Assembly (NCBI RefSeq): GCF_009914755.1
Contig: NC_060927.1
Origin: the human T2T-CHM13v2.0 reference genome, Homo sapiens
Reading direction: 5' to 3' (one strand)
DNA length: 64,000 bases
Of the stretch, positions 32,875 through 48,854 are shown piece by piece (position 1 is the stretch's first letter; each line of letters starts with the position of its first letter). Both the position numbers and the translations under genes were made by a program. The notes beneath the pieces were generated by a model, which saw nothing but the letters and a program-made list of their open reading frames with translations, did no database searches and was not told the DNA's origin.

Positions 32875-34320
32875 GTAGACATTTTTACATTGCTCCAAAT
32901 CTTAAAGGGAAAACAGTCTTTCACTATTAATTATGTTGTTACCTACAGACTTTTTACAGATGTTCTCTATCAACATTAGAAAATTCCCTTCTATTCTTAT
33001 GTTTTGAAGTTTTTATCATGAATGGATTTTACATTTTGTAAAATGCTTTTTCTGCATCAATTGATATAATTTCCATAAATATCAATTGGATCCTATTTGT
33101 CAATGATGATTTCAATTCTTTCATGTCTTTGCTGATTTTCTGTCTAGTTGTTCTATAATTTGTTGAGTTATATAGAGGAGTATTAAAGTGTCCAATTATA
33201 ATTTATCTATTTCTCCCTTTAGGTTTATCAGTTTTTGCTTCATATATTTTCTCACTCTTGTAGAACATATCAACTTAGAACTTATTTTTTTTCTTCTGCA
33301 CAGTCCAATCTGCCATGAAGCTCATAACGAAAATTTTTAGTTTGGATATTTCTTATTTCTAGAATTTTTCTTTAGTTTTTTTATGGTTTCAATTCTTCAC
33401 TGAAATATCCCATATCTTCATTTCCTATGTCCATTTTTTTCTTTAGATTCTTGAGTATATTTTTTAAAGTATTGCTGGTTCCAACATCTGTGTCACCTTT
33501 GGGTCGTTTCTATTGAATAATTTTTTCCCTTAGTAATAGACCACATTTTCCTGCTTCTTCACATGCATAGTAATATTAGATTTTAGGCTACATATTGTGG
33601 ATGTCACATTCTTGAGAGTCTTGATTACATTGTCTTCCTGTAAAGAGTTTCTGAGTTTTGTGTCAGGCAGTTAATTTGCTGGCAGGTCACATTATCCTAC
33701 TAAGGCGTGATTCTAGTCTTTCTTCAAATGGGTCTAAAATACACATTTCTTTAGGGCATAATTCTTATTTCTAAGACATGGTCTTTCTGGATTCACAACT
33801 TAACCTATGTGGTTTTCAGTGAGGTTTATACACCATGGCTAGTCAGAACTTAAGTATCTGCCAGAGCTGTGTGGCCTTTACAATATCCATTCAGCCAAAA
33901 GCTCCCAAGCAGCTCTTTTCTGCTGCTCCTCCTGCAAAATCTCTGCTTGTTTTGATTAGTATTGAAGTAATGATCCAAGGAAATTTAAATTTCTGGTGCT
34001 CCTTTTTCTACACAATTCTTCCCTCCATGATACCCTGCCTCCCCAAATTCTAGCTACTTAAGTAGCCCTAAACTCTCATATAGGTATTTTCTGCCCAGTA
34101 AGTTTACTGCATCCTGTTTGGCCTTCACTTCTCTCTGCAACATTTTTGAAGAAAGATCAGAGTGAATGTGAACTCTCCTTATGTGTTCCATTTCTCTGAA
34201 GGATCTAACCAGGCAATGTCCCTTATCCAATACCCCAAATCAGTTGCTTCATATATTTTAAACATTTTTGTAGTTGTTTACTATGGAAAGTAAGTCTGAT
34301 ATCCACTATTCATCATAGTA
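32875..34320 (-). mobile_element. Very old L1M fragments
   Basis: atcatgaatggattt...aatgctttttctgcatcaattga; apparently continues the fragment at 21540-21940. Confidence 0.6.
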
Positions 34321-36003
34321 AAGACTAGAATTCCACAGACATTGATATTTTTCAAAAAGTTCCTAAATCAATCTAAAGTGCATTGCATTCTAGGTAAAAG
34401 ACCACTCAATTAGTTAAATAGTTTAAAATTAATAAGAGCTAACACATATAACAGGCTAATAATACAATATACGAGGCTTATTTAATCTTCACTGCAATTT
34501 TGTGAGGTAATTACCAATACTGTACAATTACACAGATGGGAATCTAGGGCACTGTGACTTTCCCAATATAACATAACTTATGAGTAGTAGAGACAGAATT
34601 AAAAAGGCAATATGTCTTTGATGTTAGTATTTTTAACCCTTTACTATAATGCCTCTGGGTAAGTATTAACTGTAGGGTTCAGCTAGATTAAATTGAGAAA
34701 AGGAGTTCTACTTTCTTCTCAAGGAGTTACTTCTAGTGAGGATATTTACTAAATGATTTTACTTACTAAAATTTTATTTTAAAACACTACGGCAAAGTAT
34801 ATCATCACTTATAATTTCATCATCAGAGCTTGTATTTATTGTACAATTGCTATATGCTAAACAATGTGCCAAGTGTTTTATGTACATTTTTTGTTTCTCA
34901 TAATAATGCTTTGTGAAAGTAGTGTGCTAGGCTGGCTCTTACTAGCTCATGAGAGCTAATCGTTCAATTTCAGGAAGTTTATGAGCTGACTGATGTTCTG
35001 TTGGTGGAAGTGATTACACAACAGAAATGGGCAAATACTACAAATTAGGACTTCCTCTCACCTCAACACTTAAGTTACTTGTTAAATATTTACCAGCAAA
35101 CCATTGATACTATTAAGTCTGTTTTGGAGTGAGGAAACTGATACTTGAGGTGAGGTGGAAATTAAAAACTTGCTGATGTCCACGCAGCAAATAGCATCTA
35201 AGCTGAAAATTTCAGAACCTAGATCTGTGCACAAGGTTAGCCGTCACACTGATCAGGTGTATGGTGATGACACTGATCTTGAATATTTGGGCTTGTAGAA
35301 ATAGATAGAAGGGAGAGGTCATGCAATATCAGATAATTTTGATTTTAAAGGCAGTTTAAAGATTAGTTTTTTAAATATTTGGACTGAGTATTATTTAAGT
35401 AGATACATAATGATTATCTTGCCACTTCTCTTTTTACATTTGGAATTTTTGTTAAAAAAAAAAACCCAGATGATAAAAGCATCAGATGCTCTGTGATATC
35501 TGCACAGAAATTTTCTTACAGAGATCCTTGTAATTATCTTGCCCAGACACATGGTAGACGGAGAGTTATGCCCTGTATTTTCTGCTAAGCAGAGTTTGAG
35601 GGTACTGTTTAGAGTGTTTTACCTGACAATTAAAATGTTTTGGCTCATAGCATTACTAAATGAGCATCAGAAAGTTACAGAAGGTAATAGGGCCAATCAT
35701 AAGAAAGTTTTCACTTCTCTTGAGTGCAATAAATAATTAAAACATTATTGAGTGCACCTTTTATGCCAGGTACTATTTTAAATGATTGATAAGTTTTAAT
35801 TACTTTGATCTTTGTAATAAACCTATTTCAGGGGAGAAGGAAAGTTGCCAGTTGTTCCTCCTCTCCCCGATCTTGCCATCATAGCTAAATCACTCCTACA
35901 TCCCAAGTGAAGTTGAGCTACCTCACTACAAAAAAACATATATTTTAAATACACAGTAATAGTTTTATACAATATTCAGATAAGAAAATACAGCTTTCTT
36001 TAC

Positions 36004-36178
36004 TTGAGATTTTTCTTTGTCAGATCCAAAATAAAGATCAGAGTAGGCAAGCAGAAGGGCCATGTTTATATTAGGCATCCCCTTCATTTCACTACAGACC
36101 ATTATGAATATCCAGCGCCAACTGAACTCATGACCAACTCGAGACAAAACAGGGCTTATTAAAAGAAGGGTCAGAAAT
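36004..36178 (-). CDS. SLC9C1: SLC9C1 exon 10 (FLTLLLISPVLSRVGHEFSWRWIFIMVCSEMKGMPNINMALLLAYSDLYFGSDKEKSQ)
   Basis: cttttag| ... caa|gtaaag; 175 nt, phase 2-0, cumulative 1197 nt; within ORF 35965..36189. Confidence 0.95.
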
Positions 36179-37279
36179 CTAAAAGACAAAACAATTTTTA
36201 CAAAGTTATTCTTTCATATGAGTTTCTTTCCATTTCATGCTACTCTATTCTAATCTACTCCCTGTAGAATTCCTAACTCTCAAACAAATGAGACATCTTT
36301 CACACACTGTTGACATGACACCAAAGAAAGGCAGCAGGTATTCCATAGAGAGACATGCCAAGAGAATGGTATTATTCTTTCTTTCTTTCTACTAGGTGAG
36401 TAGCATAGTAACTTTACATCATCCTTGAGTGGTGCTCCTTCAGGAGGAAAAAGAAAAGTTCGAGATGTGTTGTACATAAATTCTGAATCCCCACCCCAAA
36501 TAAAAACAAATTTAATGAATAAGAAGTGAGAAAATGTTCTCTGTTTCTTTTTGTTTATAGATTTTAATCTTGCTGAATTGGTCCAATATTGGCCAGATTT
36601 TTTTTTCCTTCAGTCATATATCATTCCTATGTTTTACACTAATTTTATCTGATAATTTGGGAAATAATTTTATTTTACTTGGCACTAGATGCCTTGACTT
36701 CAGCAATTCAACTAGATGGAAGTAGAATGTTAATCATTTGAGTAATGGAGATTAAAGACCTATGAGACTCTAGTTATGGTGGTTTTTCTCACTCTATGCT
36801 ATCTCCTTTTCAGCTACATAAACAGACTTTTTCTACCTCTTAACAGTGGAAAAAGAAACTACAAAAATGATTTGAGAAAAAAAGATGTTTACAAAGAGGG
36901 CTTCCCTATGATATTTAAAAAGCAATTTCTAACTATAGTTTTTAATTAATAGAAAATTGTTTGTTATATAATATTGAGCAAAAACAAGATTTTTATTTAT
37001 AATAGGTACTTAACTTCATGAAATGTCATTACAAAAACATTGGACAAAATATGTCAAATGTTGAGTTTTTTTCTAATTAAAAAAACTTATAGAGTTTGCA
37101 TTGCTTTGAAATTTAGTTAAAAGCCAAAAAAAAATTACAAAGCATTTATTTGCTGATGATCCTTGGAAAGTTTGAGTCAATTTTTCAATCTAAGGTACGA
37201 AATCTTTGTGTTATTTAAAAGATGACCTTCAAACTTACTCAATTATCTATAAATAGAAAAATTTTAATGATGTTCTTAC

Positions 37280-37423
37280 CTTAAAACAATCAATGTTAAG
37301 TAGATATTTAATGAATAGTATATATCAACAAATTCTATATACAAATATGTATGTGCAGGAATTAGAAGTCCAAAGAAAGTAAACACCATAAGAAAAGCAA
37401 TACGTGATAGAAAAGTCCAGAAT
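37280..37423 (-). CDS. SLC9C1: SLC9C1 exon 9 (FWTFLSRIAFLMVFTFFGLLIPAHTYLYIEFVDIYYSLNIYLTLIVLR)
   Basis: gatgcag| ... ag|gtaaga; 144 nt, phase 2-2. Confidence 0.93.
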
Positions 37424-37559
37424 CTGCATCATTCAGAAAAAATTAAAAATATTTATAATTAATTAATTTGACATCTTTATTACAAGGTTTATCTATGTGA
37501 ATCATTGTGCTAATGATTACCAAAAAATGAATAAAACATTTACAAACAACTTTGACTTG

Positions 37560-38400
37560 TAGCTGAAAATGATGAAAAGTTATTAAATTATTTTACACAA
37601 AAGAAATGACCTGGATAAAGAGGAATTGAAAATATGAGATGGGTGAAGGTCAGTAAAAGATCATAGAATCAATAAATTTTAGTCTCAGTATGGTTGCAGA
37701 ATCGTGAGAATTTAGGTACTAGAGGGCATATAGTGAAAAGATGGGAGATGGTACACCTTCTATGTTAAAGAGTTAACATGGACCTGTTACAGGTTGTTTT
37801 GAGATGTTAGTAGGATTTAACACTATTGTCTTAGATTTTCACTGTCTTCAAGAGTAGAAGTTGGTACATACCATATTTTAGATAGTAAGATTCTTGCAAT
37901 TGAGTTTATGAAGTAGTTACTTGTACAACTGTGGGAGTGGGTGGTTAAAGAGGAGTGGTGGACATACTTATACAAGGAGAGAAGATCCAGGAATTGAAAG
38001 ATGAGGGAGTAGAAGGATTAACTGTATGAATATTGACATCACTAAGAATGGTGATAGAGTAATATTGGAGAGTCACAGTGAGACAGGAACTAAAATCTTC
38101 ACAAAATGGAGAATGTGACTTAGAGTTCTATAGATAATCACAATCAAGAGGCAGATGGCATATTCTGATGGCACGAGCTTCAAAATTGGATTCTTTTAAG
38201 GAAGTAGGAGATAGAATGATTTAGAAATCACTTCGAGGTTCAGAGAGATCACCTACTTCAATTGTAGGCTCAATAGTACTAGGAACGCAGGCAAGAAAGA
38301 CATCACAAATTATAAGGAATGAAGAATAAAGATAAGTAATATATTTGAAGATCCAGCTTACAGTTGGAGCAAGAAGGGGAGGAAAACCTTCAGAATCATT
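37560..38400. mobile_element. L2 LINE remnant
   Basis: Purine-rich degenerate L2-like text (gaatattgacatcactaagaatggtgatagagt...). Confidence 0.5.
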
Positions 38401-39317
38401 CCCCATATATATAACTAATACTTGTGTAGCATTTTAAATTCTTCCCTCAGCTGTGGTCCATTTAATTTTGCCTAAGTGCAAGTACAATTTACTTCCATTG
38501 TAATTGGCATGGAATTTTATTGAAGTGCTCCAGAATCCTATAAGACCCTATATCTTTTAAGCTTCTTATATCAGAATTAATTCTATCTTCTATAACGTTG
38601 TCCCAAAACTCTAAAAACCATGGTTTACTTTCAGGGCCTTTGTTAACACATATGTTTTCATTATGTGGTTCAGGTCAAGTTTCCACCCTATGTATTGAAG
38701 CATTATGGAAAGTGCTCTTCCTTTTGGCTGATAACTACTCACCCCTTAGCTGAATTCCCTTGAGCAAGGCACAATTTGCACTTTTCCACCCATAGTCTTG
38801 CTTACATTTAGTGTGGTCATACTTTCTTTTATAACACTGCTAATCCTCTTCAAATGCCCCAGCTTACTCTTCTGATTTGCTTTACACAGCACCTCATTGT
38901 CCTTAAAATACTCATCTTTAGATTTTTTTTGCCTTAAGTTCAACTTAATTAAACTTAATTTTAAAATATTGCATTAAAATATTAAAATATTACTTCTCAA
39001 TTACTGCACTTTTGGCACCCTCTTACTAGTGGGTACAAGATTTTATATGGGAAATTATTGAGGAGATAATCAGAGATTTGAGGAATGAGTGGGGAAAGAG
39101 AACCAACATGAACTCAAGGTAAGGTTACGAATTTGCTTTAAATTGGAGGATTCAAAGACACAGGCAAGAAAAAATAAAATCTAGGAAAGGTTTTTAGTTG
39201 GGCAGTTTTCAAGTCTTTGAAAATCTTACTTCGACCATGTAGATGTAGATATTGTTACTATTATAATATTATAGCTTCCAGTGTATGAAATAAAGTCAAA
39301 ATATGCTATCCACTTAC

Positions 39318-39420
39318 TCAAGAAGAAGTGTTTCTTCAATTGCTGCTTTAAAACTTGTAGAATTTAAAAGAAGTCCCACAATGGCCAGAGTAAATATTCC
39401 TGACATTCCAACTAACTCAC
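39318..39420 (-). CDS. SLC9C1: SLC9C1 exon 8 (CELVGMSGIFTLAIVGLLLNSTSFKAAIEETLLLE)
   Basis: aatag| ... ga|gtaagt; 103 nt, phase 1-2; NHE 'E...SG' motif; within ORF 39314..39544. Confidence 0.95.
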
Positions 39421-40079
39421 CTATTTTTAAAAAGAAATAAATATAAAGTATTAATTTAACATCAACAGCAGCACAAATTTTACCCGAGTTAAAAGTATCA
39501 GATGTTGTGACAGTACCATGACTTTTATAGAGAGGCAACTTCACTTGATTTCAGCTGAAAAATATTGCAAATTATTACCACCACCCCATGTCCTTTTTCT
39601 TCCTCCAACTTATATCCAATTGTATTATAAAGCCTACTATGGGCATCTTTGCACTGCTTCGCATACCCCATTGAGGCTAGAGCACACTTTAGAGGTCTGG
39701 TTATTTCAGATGGGTTCTGGAGGGTTGAAATGAAAATCAGCTGATGATTTCGTGAACTTGCCCACAACTTCTTAGCAGACATAGTTCTAGTTAATAAGTA
39801 AAAATTGAAATATTTGTTTTTAATACTAAAGAATATTGTGGATATGCTACTTTTATCATATATTAAATTGTCATTCATACTTCGACTATTTCTGTGCCCT
39901 TTGTGTTTCTTTGACTTACTTTGTATTCTTGTGTTATAACAGTTGTATTTTAATTACTGTAGACCTATTAAAACATTTAATTATCTGGTAAAGAAAGTTC
40001 TCCACTTAAAAAAATTGTCTTGTCTATTCTCACACATTAATTTCTCTAGCTGAACTTTTGAAATTGTCATGAAATTTTA

Positions 40080-40696
<617 letters not shown>

Positions 40697-42200
40697 TTAA
40701 AACCAAAAAAATTTCTATCATTGTTTGATTTGGATTGTAATAAAGTTTAATTTAGTGAAATTAATGCCATTATTACATTATTGAGTTTTCCCTTCTAAAG
40801 ATGGAAAATTACAAGTTGTCTATTTTTTATTTTAGTCCTGGCTGAAAATGGTAACAAAGGCAGAGTCATTGTTGAATCATGAAAGAAGAAGAAATCATGG
40901 ACATAGGTTCTTTGAAACAATCAAGCCCTGGATTAGGTATTATAACTTGTTAGGTGATGGTGAAGTCAGGAAAATATTTATAATGACTATCTTGAAGGTA
41001 CTAATAATATAAACATGAAGCCAGGTCACAGGGAAAGTCTTTTTACATTAAATTTATATTTACTCTGTATCTTGTTTTAATGAAATTCTGTCTTGGCAGG
41101 TTTCTTCCTAAAATGTTTATTGAGACATCTCGACTCTAAAAGTTTAAAATTATTTCCTTAAGTATAACCTTTAATCTTGAAACTAGGGTTACTTATTAAA
41201 AATAATGTTAGAGGAAATTATATTTGTTGGATTTTCTTTTAGGAATCTAAGTATACACATGAATACTAGCACATGAGGAACCCACCTGAATTAACTGATC
41301 ATTCTCTCACTGTCTGTTAATTCATTAGCTTGATTCTGTAACCCTCGGTATATTATAATTGAATTTAATCCACTGATTAATTCATTAGAAAGCCTCAAGA
41401 TCCTCTGGTCTGCCTTTTCCTCTTCAGAGGGAAAAATAATAAATTCCCATTACTCTAGCACTTCTGAAGAATAGTTTTTCTATGCTTCAATTTATTCAAA
41501 TTTTATATTTCTTGATAACTTTTATAATTTTCTATGTTTAGGTCCAAACTATTTGTTAAGTTTATTCATTGATATTTTATAACTTTTTACCAATACAAAA
41601 AGAATCAAATTTTCATATTTTCTAGCTAGTTATTGCTGGCTGATAAAAATACCGTCAATTGTTTTGGATAACTTTATCTTATATCAAGCCATTAAAGGGT
41701 CTTGCTGACTTTGTTTACCAATTAATTCTGTTGAATTTTCTATATGATATAAAATGTCGTGATTAATCTAACCATTTTTTCTTTTAAAATATGTATAAAT
41801 GTTCCCCCTTATTGTATTAGCTAGAGCCTTCAGAATTATTTTAAATCATGGATGTGAGAATATACACCATTGTCTTATTCCTAAATGTAACAGAGACATA
41901 GTACAGGTGAGGTAACTAGGTGTTATCTTGCATGTCAATTCCAAATCATGTGAAGGGCTGTCTGAAGAGCTGAGTTAAATGTGATTCTGAGGCTGTGTCA
42001 GGAAACAGCAGTATGGCTAATTATCAATAGCTACCATATTTTTGTGAGGAGGTGATTGTGGGACATGGATTAATAACATTGATAGATACTCTAACATTTA
42101 GCTTTACTTGATATGTAACTTCTATTTTGATTGCCTTTTTGATCTAACAGTTACCAAGACAAAATATCTAATTTACAGGTAGAAACTGCCCCCGCTCCGC

Positions 42201-42484
42201 CTTTTTGTTAGAGAGACGGCTTCTCTCTTTGTTGCCCGGGCTGGAGTGCGATCATAGCTCACTGCAGCCTCAAATTCCTGGGCTCAAGTGATCCTCCCGC
42301 CTCAGGCTCCTGAGGAGCTGGGACTACAGGCATGTGCCACCACATCTAGCTAGTTTTAAAAATTCTTGTAGACATGGGATCTCACTATCTTACCCAGACT
42401 GGTCTCGAAATCCTGGGCTCAGTTGATCCTCCTGCCTCAGCCCTCCAAGGTGCTAGGATTATAGGCATAAGCCACCACGCCTGG
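42201..42484 (-). mobile_element. Alu (AluJ-like)
   Basis: gttgcccgggctggagtgcg...gccaccacgcctgg. Confidence 0.9.
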
Positions 42485-42992
42485 TAGGAACCCTCTTTTT
42501 GTAGTCCATATTTAATTTAATTGCATCATGTTTGAACAATGTTTGAAATTTTATTGAAATGTTCTTCGAGTTAATTTCTGCGAATTGTCTACAGGTATAT
42601 GTAAAGGATATGCATTCTGTTTTGGGAGGTAAAACTCTATATATCTTATAAACCAACCTTATAAGATATTTAAATATTTTTATAACCATAATCATTTTTT
42701 GTTCAATTAGTCATGAAATTCTCTGGGAAAGGCATAATAATTTATCTTTCTGTAATGATAGTTTTGTCAAATTTTTCTTTCTTTTATAATAGTGTTTGCT
42801 AATATTGGTACATTGTTTCTGTTGTATAGATATTCATATGTTTAATATCTTTTGATAGATTATTTTAATAAAAATATTCTGTCTAGATCAGTTGAATGTT
42901 TTTACTAACTTTTGCCTGGTATGCATTTTTCATATATTTTTATTTTGAAGTTTTCTATGTGATTTTATTTTAGGCATAGGCCCCTCACTTAC

Positions 42993-43154
42993 AAATATAA
43001 AAGATGAGATACAGAATTGAAAAGATGAGACTTATATGATTGACATCATCACCAAAAACAGTTGACATCCAAAATTGAATCAGTTTTGAACTTAGAATTC
43101 CAAACAAGAAACTTGCTATAATATATGAACAAATTCCACCCACGATCTCTTCAG
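42993..43154 (-). CDS. SLC9C1: SLC9C1 exon 7 (AEEIVGGICSYIIASFLFGILSSKLIQFWMSTVFGDDVNHISLIFSILYLIFYI)
   Basis: cttgtag| ... t|gtaagt; 162 nt, phase 1-1. Confidence 0.95.
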
Positions 43155-43259
43155 CTACAAGAAAGGGGCGTAAATAAGAAATAGTTAATAGAACTTGCCG
43201 TTAATTTTAATTGATATTCCTTGTTAATTTTCCTTTTTGTCATTATCTTTAAAATTAGC

Positions 43260-44560
<1,301 letters not shown>

Positions 44561-47500
44561 CTCATTGTCTTTGGGGTAGATGGACAATATTTTCTTGTTT
44601 CTGTGTTGAAAGAGTTTATTTTCAACTGCTAAAAGCCACGCTTAAGTTTGTAAAATTTGGTCAGTTTAGTTTAAGAGCTCCTTTCGGTCTCCATTAAGGA
44701 ATTTATTCAGTGCCTTTAATGTGTCAAACATGTAATAGATTTTAGAGATATATGAAGGAACAAGTAGGAAGTCCCTAAACTCATGGAAGTGATACTCTAG
44801 ATCTAATGTAATACACACAGGAAATACAGAAAGAGGAGTGTCTCTAGGCCTCAGTTGGGTGAATCTCCTGCATTATGTTGGCCTGCCAAAGTGACTGATC
44901 GCTTCCTTATTTTTGAGCATTTCATATGTTTTAGCTTTTCACCCTGATAAACAATGTTGCAATGTATATTTCTGTACATACATTTTTTTTGTGCTTCTCT
45001 GTACTTTTAGGTTCCAAAAGTAAAATTCATGCACCAAAAGATATTTGCTTCTTTGGTGTTGTTACTTTTATATTTTGCCTAATTGCTTTCCACAGAGCAA
45101 TGTCATGATGCCCTTCCCAGGAAAACAGGGAGCCCAAGGCCATCAGAGGCTCTTTGCTGGAACTACACATGCCTCTAGGCCACATGAGCTCTAGGCACAG
45201 AGCTGGTCATGGCAATAATTTTGAGTCCAGCATCTCCTGTCACTGAAATATAGGATGGAGGCTAACTCTAGTTGCAGAAACATACAGGAATCTGGAGTTC
45301 GAAGACCCCAGTTTGAAAGTTGCTTTTTCCTTTAAGAAAGGAAAATACATTTTAATAAGTAACATGTTTGCTGACTAGATTTGTTAAGCCAGGAAAAGTC
45401 TCAAAGCAAAGCCATTACTGCTTATACTGTTTTAAAATTTCTAGCACTCAAATTGGAAAGAGTAAGAACTCTGAGTGAAATAATCTTTCTTAATTTTTCC
45501 CTATTATAAAATATGTGCTAACTTCACAGATTAGTAACACTGTTTAAATAATTACAGAAGTTATAAAAACAATGGTTACTCTGAAAAGTATTGATTCACA
45601 ATTGTCAAATGAAATAGCAGTAAAGCTTATTATCTTTATTTCTTAAGGAAAATTTGTATTTCAAAGGTGTTGAAGTTCAGAGAAAGTCCTAATGTCTAAA
45701 AAAGTAAATTCATCGTTCTCTTTCTCCTACAGCAGAGTTTTTACTGTTGAAGTCATTACTATTATTATTTTAATAGTGATTACTTACAGTTTTTATTCCT
45801 CTGAAATACAAAAAAATAAAGTTCCATTCTATTCATTATTATCAAAATTACAAGGCAAGCTCTATGGAGGCAAGGGGATTTTGCTTATTGTGCTTATGGT
45901 TAAATGCTCAGGTCCTAGAATAGAAATTCTCACATAGTACATATTAATAAATAATTGTTGAATCAGTAAATGAATGAACTTCCACATCAGAACCTTTATT
46001 CTTCCTTTTCCTTTCCCTTCTCCCAACGAGTACCAAAAAAGTTCCCCTGATTAGCCTGCAGATGTCATTTCTGATATAAGTTTCCCTGAAAATCCGTGGT
46101 CAGTATATAATATCTTAAATAAAGCCTGGTAGAACACTGAACCAGGTTTAGTAGGTGAACACGGATCCTCCTGAATGGCATGCACAATTGTACTTCTTTC
46201 AGGTTTTTTAGTTCCCCCAAGGGTGGCCCTTGAGTTTTTAAAAAGCTTCTGAATATAGAAATTTCTTTGTTGCTCACCTTAGTCAACTTCAGGAAGGTCA
46301 TAGCTATAGGAGGTTTTATGGTGAGCGCTCTCTGAGTGCCATATTGTGTCACCTCCCTTTGCACCCTGGGTTTTAGTAGAGGTTGTGTTTATGGTTATTT
46401 GGCTTTCACACACATCACAGATGGTGAATTGGAAGTACCTAAAGATGATGTACCTTTCTGTGCTAAACTGAGATTCCAGGTTCACCACAGATGCTCCAAG
46501 CTTCCATGGGCTAGGTAAGCTAACACCATACAGAGAGCTTCACCCATCTGTTGTCCATAAGCCTCAAAGGCTGAAAGCAAATACCTCCTATGCCCAAGTG
46601 GGGTAACTGTCCACAACCTGGATCAGCTCCTTTGAGGGAGGGGTGAGGGGGTGGTGGTCCTCAGGATGATTCTTCTTGGGAAAGAATATTCTTCACTTCG
46701 GAGTTTTAGGATAAGGCAGGAATAGGAAAGAATAGAGGTATACAGGGTCCCTGGTTGCACAACAATGAAGCACTCTCTAGGGACAGGGAAAACAATTACA
46801 GCTAAAATCTCCTCTTCTTGAGTAGTAGGAGAGGAATTTAAGATATTCTTCATTGCTGAGGGGAGGCGGGGAGTAGAAGAATCCCACTGCAGCAGAGTGG
46901 ATTGTTTGATACCATACAGATCAATGGATTAGAATATGTTGTGGAGGCACCTCCTAAGCACACCTTTTCCACAGGAATGGGGGCAGTGGTGGAATGAGAC
47001 AATGCTACATAAGACCTTAGAACAAAGAAGACACCCAGTGCATAGAATAGTAGGTCGTCAGTTTATCAAGGAGACTGTAATAATTGCTTTTCCAAAACCA
47101 GCGCAAGTGCACCACAATAAAAAGGTAAATAAATTCTCAGTAATATTATGAAAATGCTTTGATTTCATAGACATCCTGAAAGGATCCTATGAACCCCCTT
47201 CCTCCACTAGCCAGGGATTCAGAGACTAAACATTGAAAATGACTTTTCTAGGAGGAAGATACAGGGTTTTGACCAGAGAGGAGCACATAAGATGCTTCTA
47301 GGGATGGTGGTAACATGAAATTTCTTCTCCTGATTAATAGTTATATAGCTGTATACATTACAATCACTATTATAATATACATATATCATTTATTTTATAT
47401 ACACACATAAACATGATAAAGGGGAAAAAAAGTACTTATGGTTTAGGGCTATCTGAAAGCGGTAAATGAAACAGCTCATGGGCACTTTGCAATCCCTCTG

Positions 47501-47973
47501 CTTACAAGCACTATTCTCTGGCCCTGTAGATGGCTAATAACTCATACTTCCTCCCTTATTTGACACCTTTTTATGTTGCCTGCATGAGATATAGTTCCAG
47601 GGCAAAGGGAAGAGAAGCCGCCTCCTCTCACTACTAGTGGATGCACTATTTGGCTTATCTTCTAAGCTCATCTTCAGCACATAAAAAAGAATATCCCTCA
47701 TTCTGGTGGTCTGGCATTCTGGTTCAGCCCAGGCCTGTGAAATGTTGCTCCCATAAGCATCTTCATGAAGAGTCTCAACCCAGTCTCACAACAAATATGT
47801 AACTAACATTAAGTAATGTGTAATAGTGCTTTGTAAAGAGTAAGTCACTAAACCAATACTCACTATTATATTCCTACAAATATAACTTATGGTAGGATAT
47901 TACAAAATACACATCAGCTTTCAGAAAATACAGGATTCTGATGTTGAGAAAAATTTTTTAAAAATATACTTAC

Positions 47974-48102
47974 CTAAGGTATGGTTTCTTTTACTTTGTA
48001 GTCTTTGGTCAAAATCCATAATACTAGTAAATGTAATTAATGATATAACAGAGGTCATCAGACTTTCTCCATTAATTAAACTGATGAGGCTTCTAGAAAG
48101 CC
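47974..48102 (-). CDS. SLC9C1: SLC9C1 exon 6 (LSRSLISLINGESLMTSVISLITFTSIMDFDQRLQSKRNHTL)
   Basis: tgtag| ... g|gtaagt; 129 nt, phase 1-1; GES motif. Confidence 0.95.
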
Positions 48103-48854
48103 CTACATATGTTGAGGGGGAAAGATGTTTTTTAAAGTGAGAAAAACATTAAAAATTAAATGTTAAAGAATACAATTTTCTTAGCAACTATAAGGATGGT
48201 CTTAGCTATGGATTTACTGTAAGTTAAGTTTAGACAATCATAATTGGCACTAAATTAATTATGGCCCATTATGTTTATGTAAGTGAGATAATCAAAGTTC
48301 TCATTCCTTGCTTCAAAGCACAGAGGAAAACATGAAATTTATTATTATTTTTAATTCAGTGAGTTGTTCTATATAAATACATGCATGATAAATCAGATAT
48401 ATTTAAGGCAAGACAGAAAATGATGATTGAGGAATAAAGTAAATTTACAAACCAAAGCTTTATAACATGACATCCAAATAAAGTATTAAGGCAGTTATTC
48501 ACATAATCTAGCTAGGCTTAGAAATTATCTGACTTTCTCATTCATTCTTCCCAATGGTTTTAGAAATCAATCTCCATGAATGGAGAGTTCCTGATACTAC
48601 TCACTTCCATCCAAATTTTCCTCTATTTATGATGGCATTCTAAGTTTAAATGTCTGTTGTCCTTTTCCTCTGCCATTAAATGTGCATGTAGTGGTAAGAC
48701 TACAACTTTGACCATCTATAGTGATTTTCTAAAAGCCATAGGAGGAAATGTTATTATGCAGTGAAAGTCCTTTCTGTGAATCAACCACTCTATAACTGCA
48801 ATCACAACCTAACTACAATCAGTATGCTGATAGAAGAGAAGAAACACCAAGGCT

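Noticed and set aside
46050-46990. GC-richer stretch with several short ORFs
   Set aside because: No motif, TSD or splice pattern I can support; probably an ancient repeat I cannot name.
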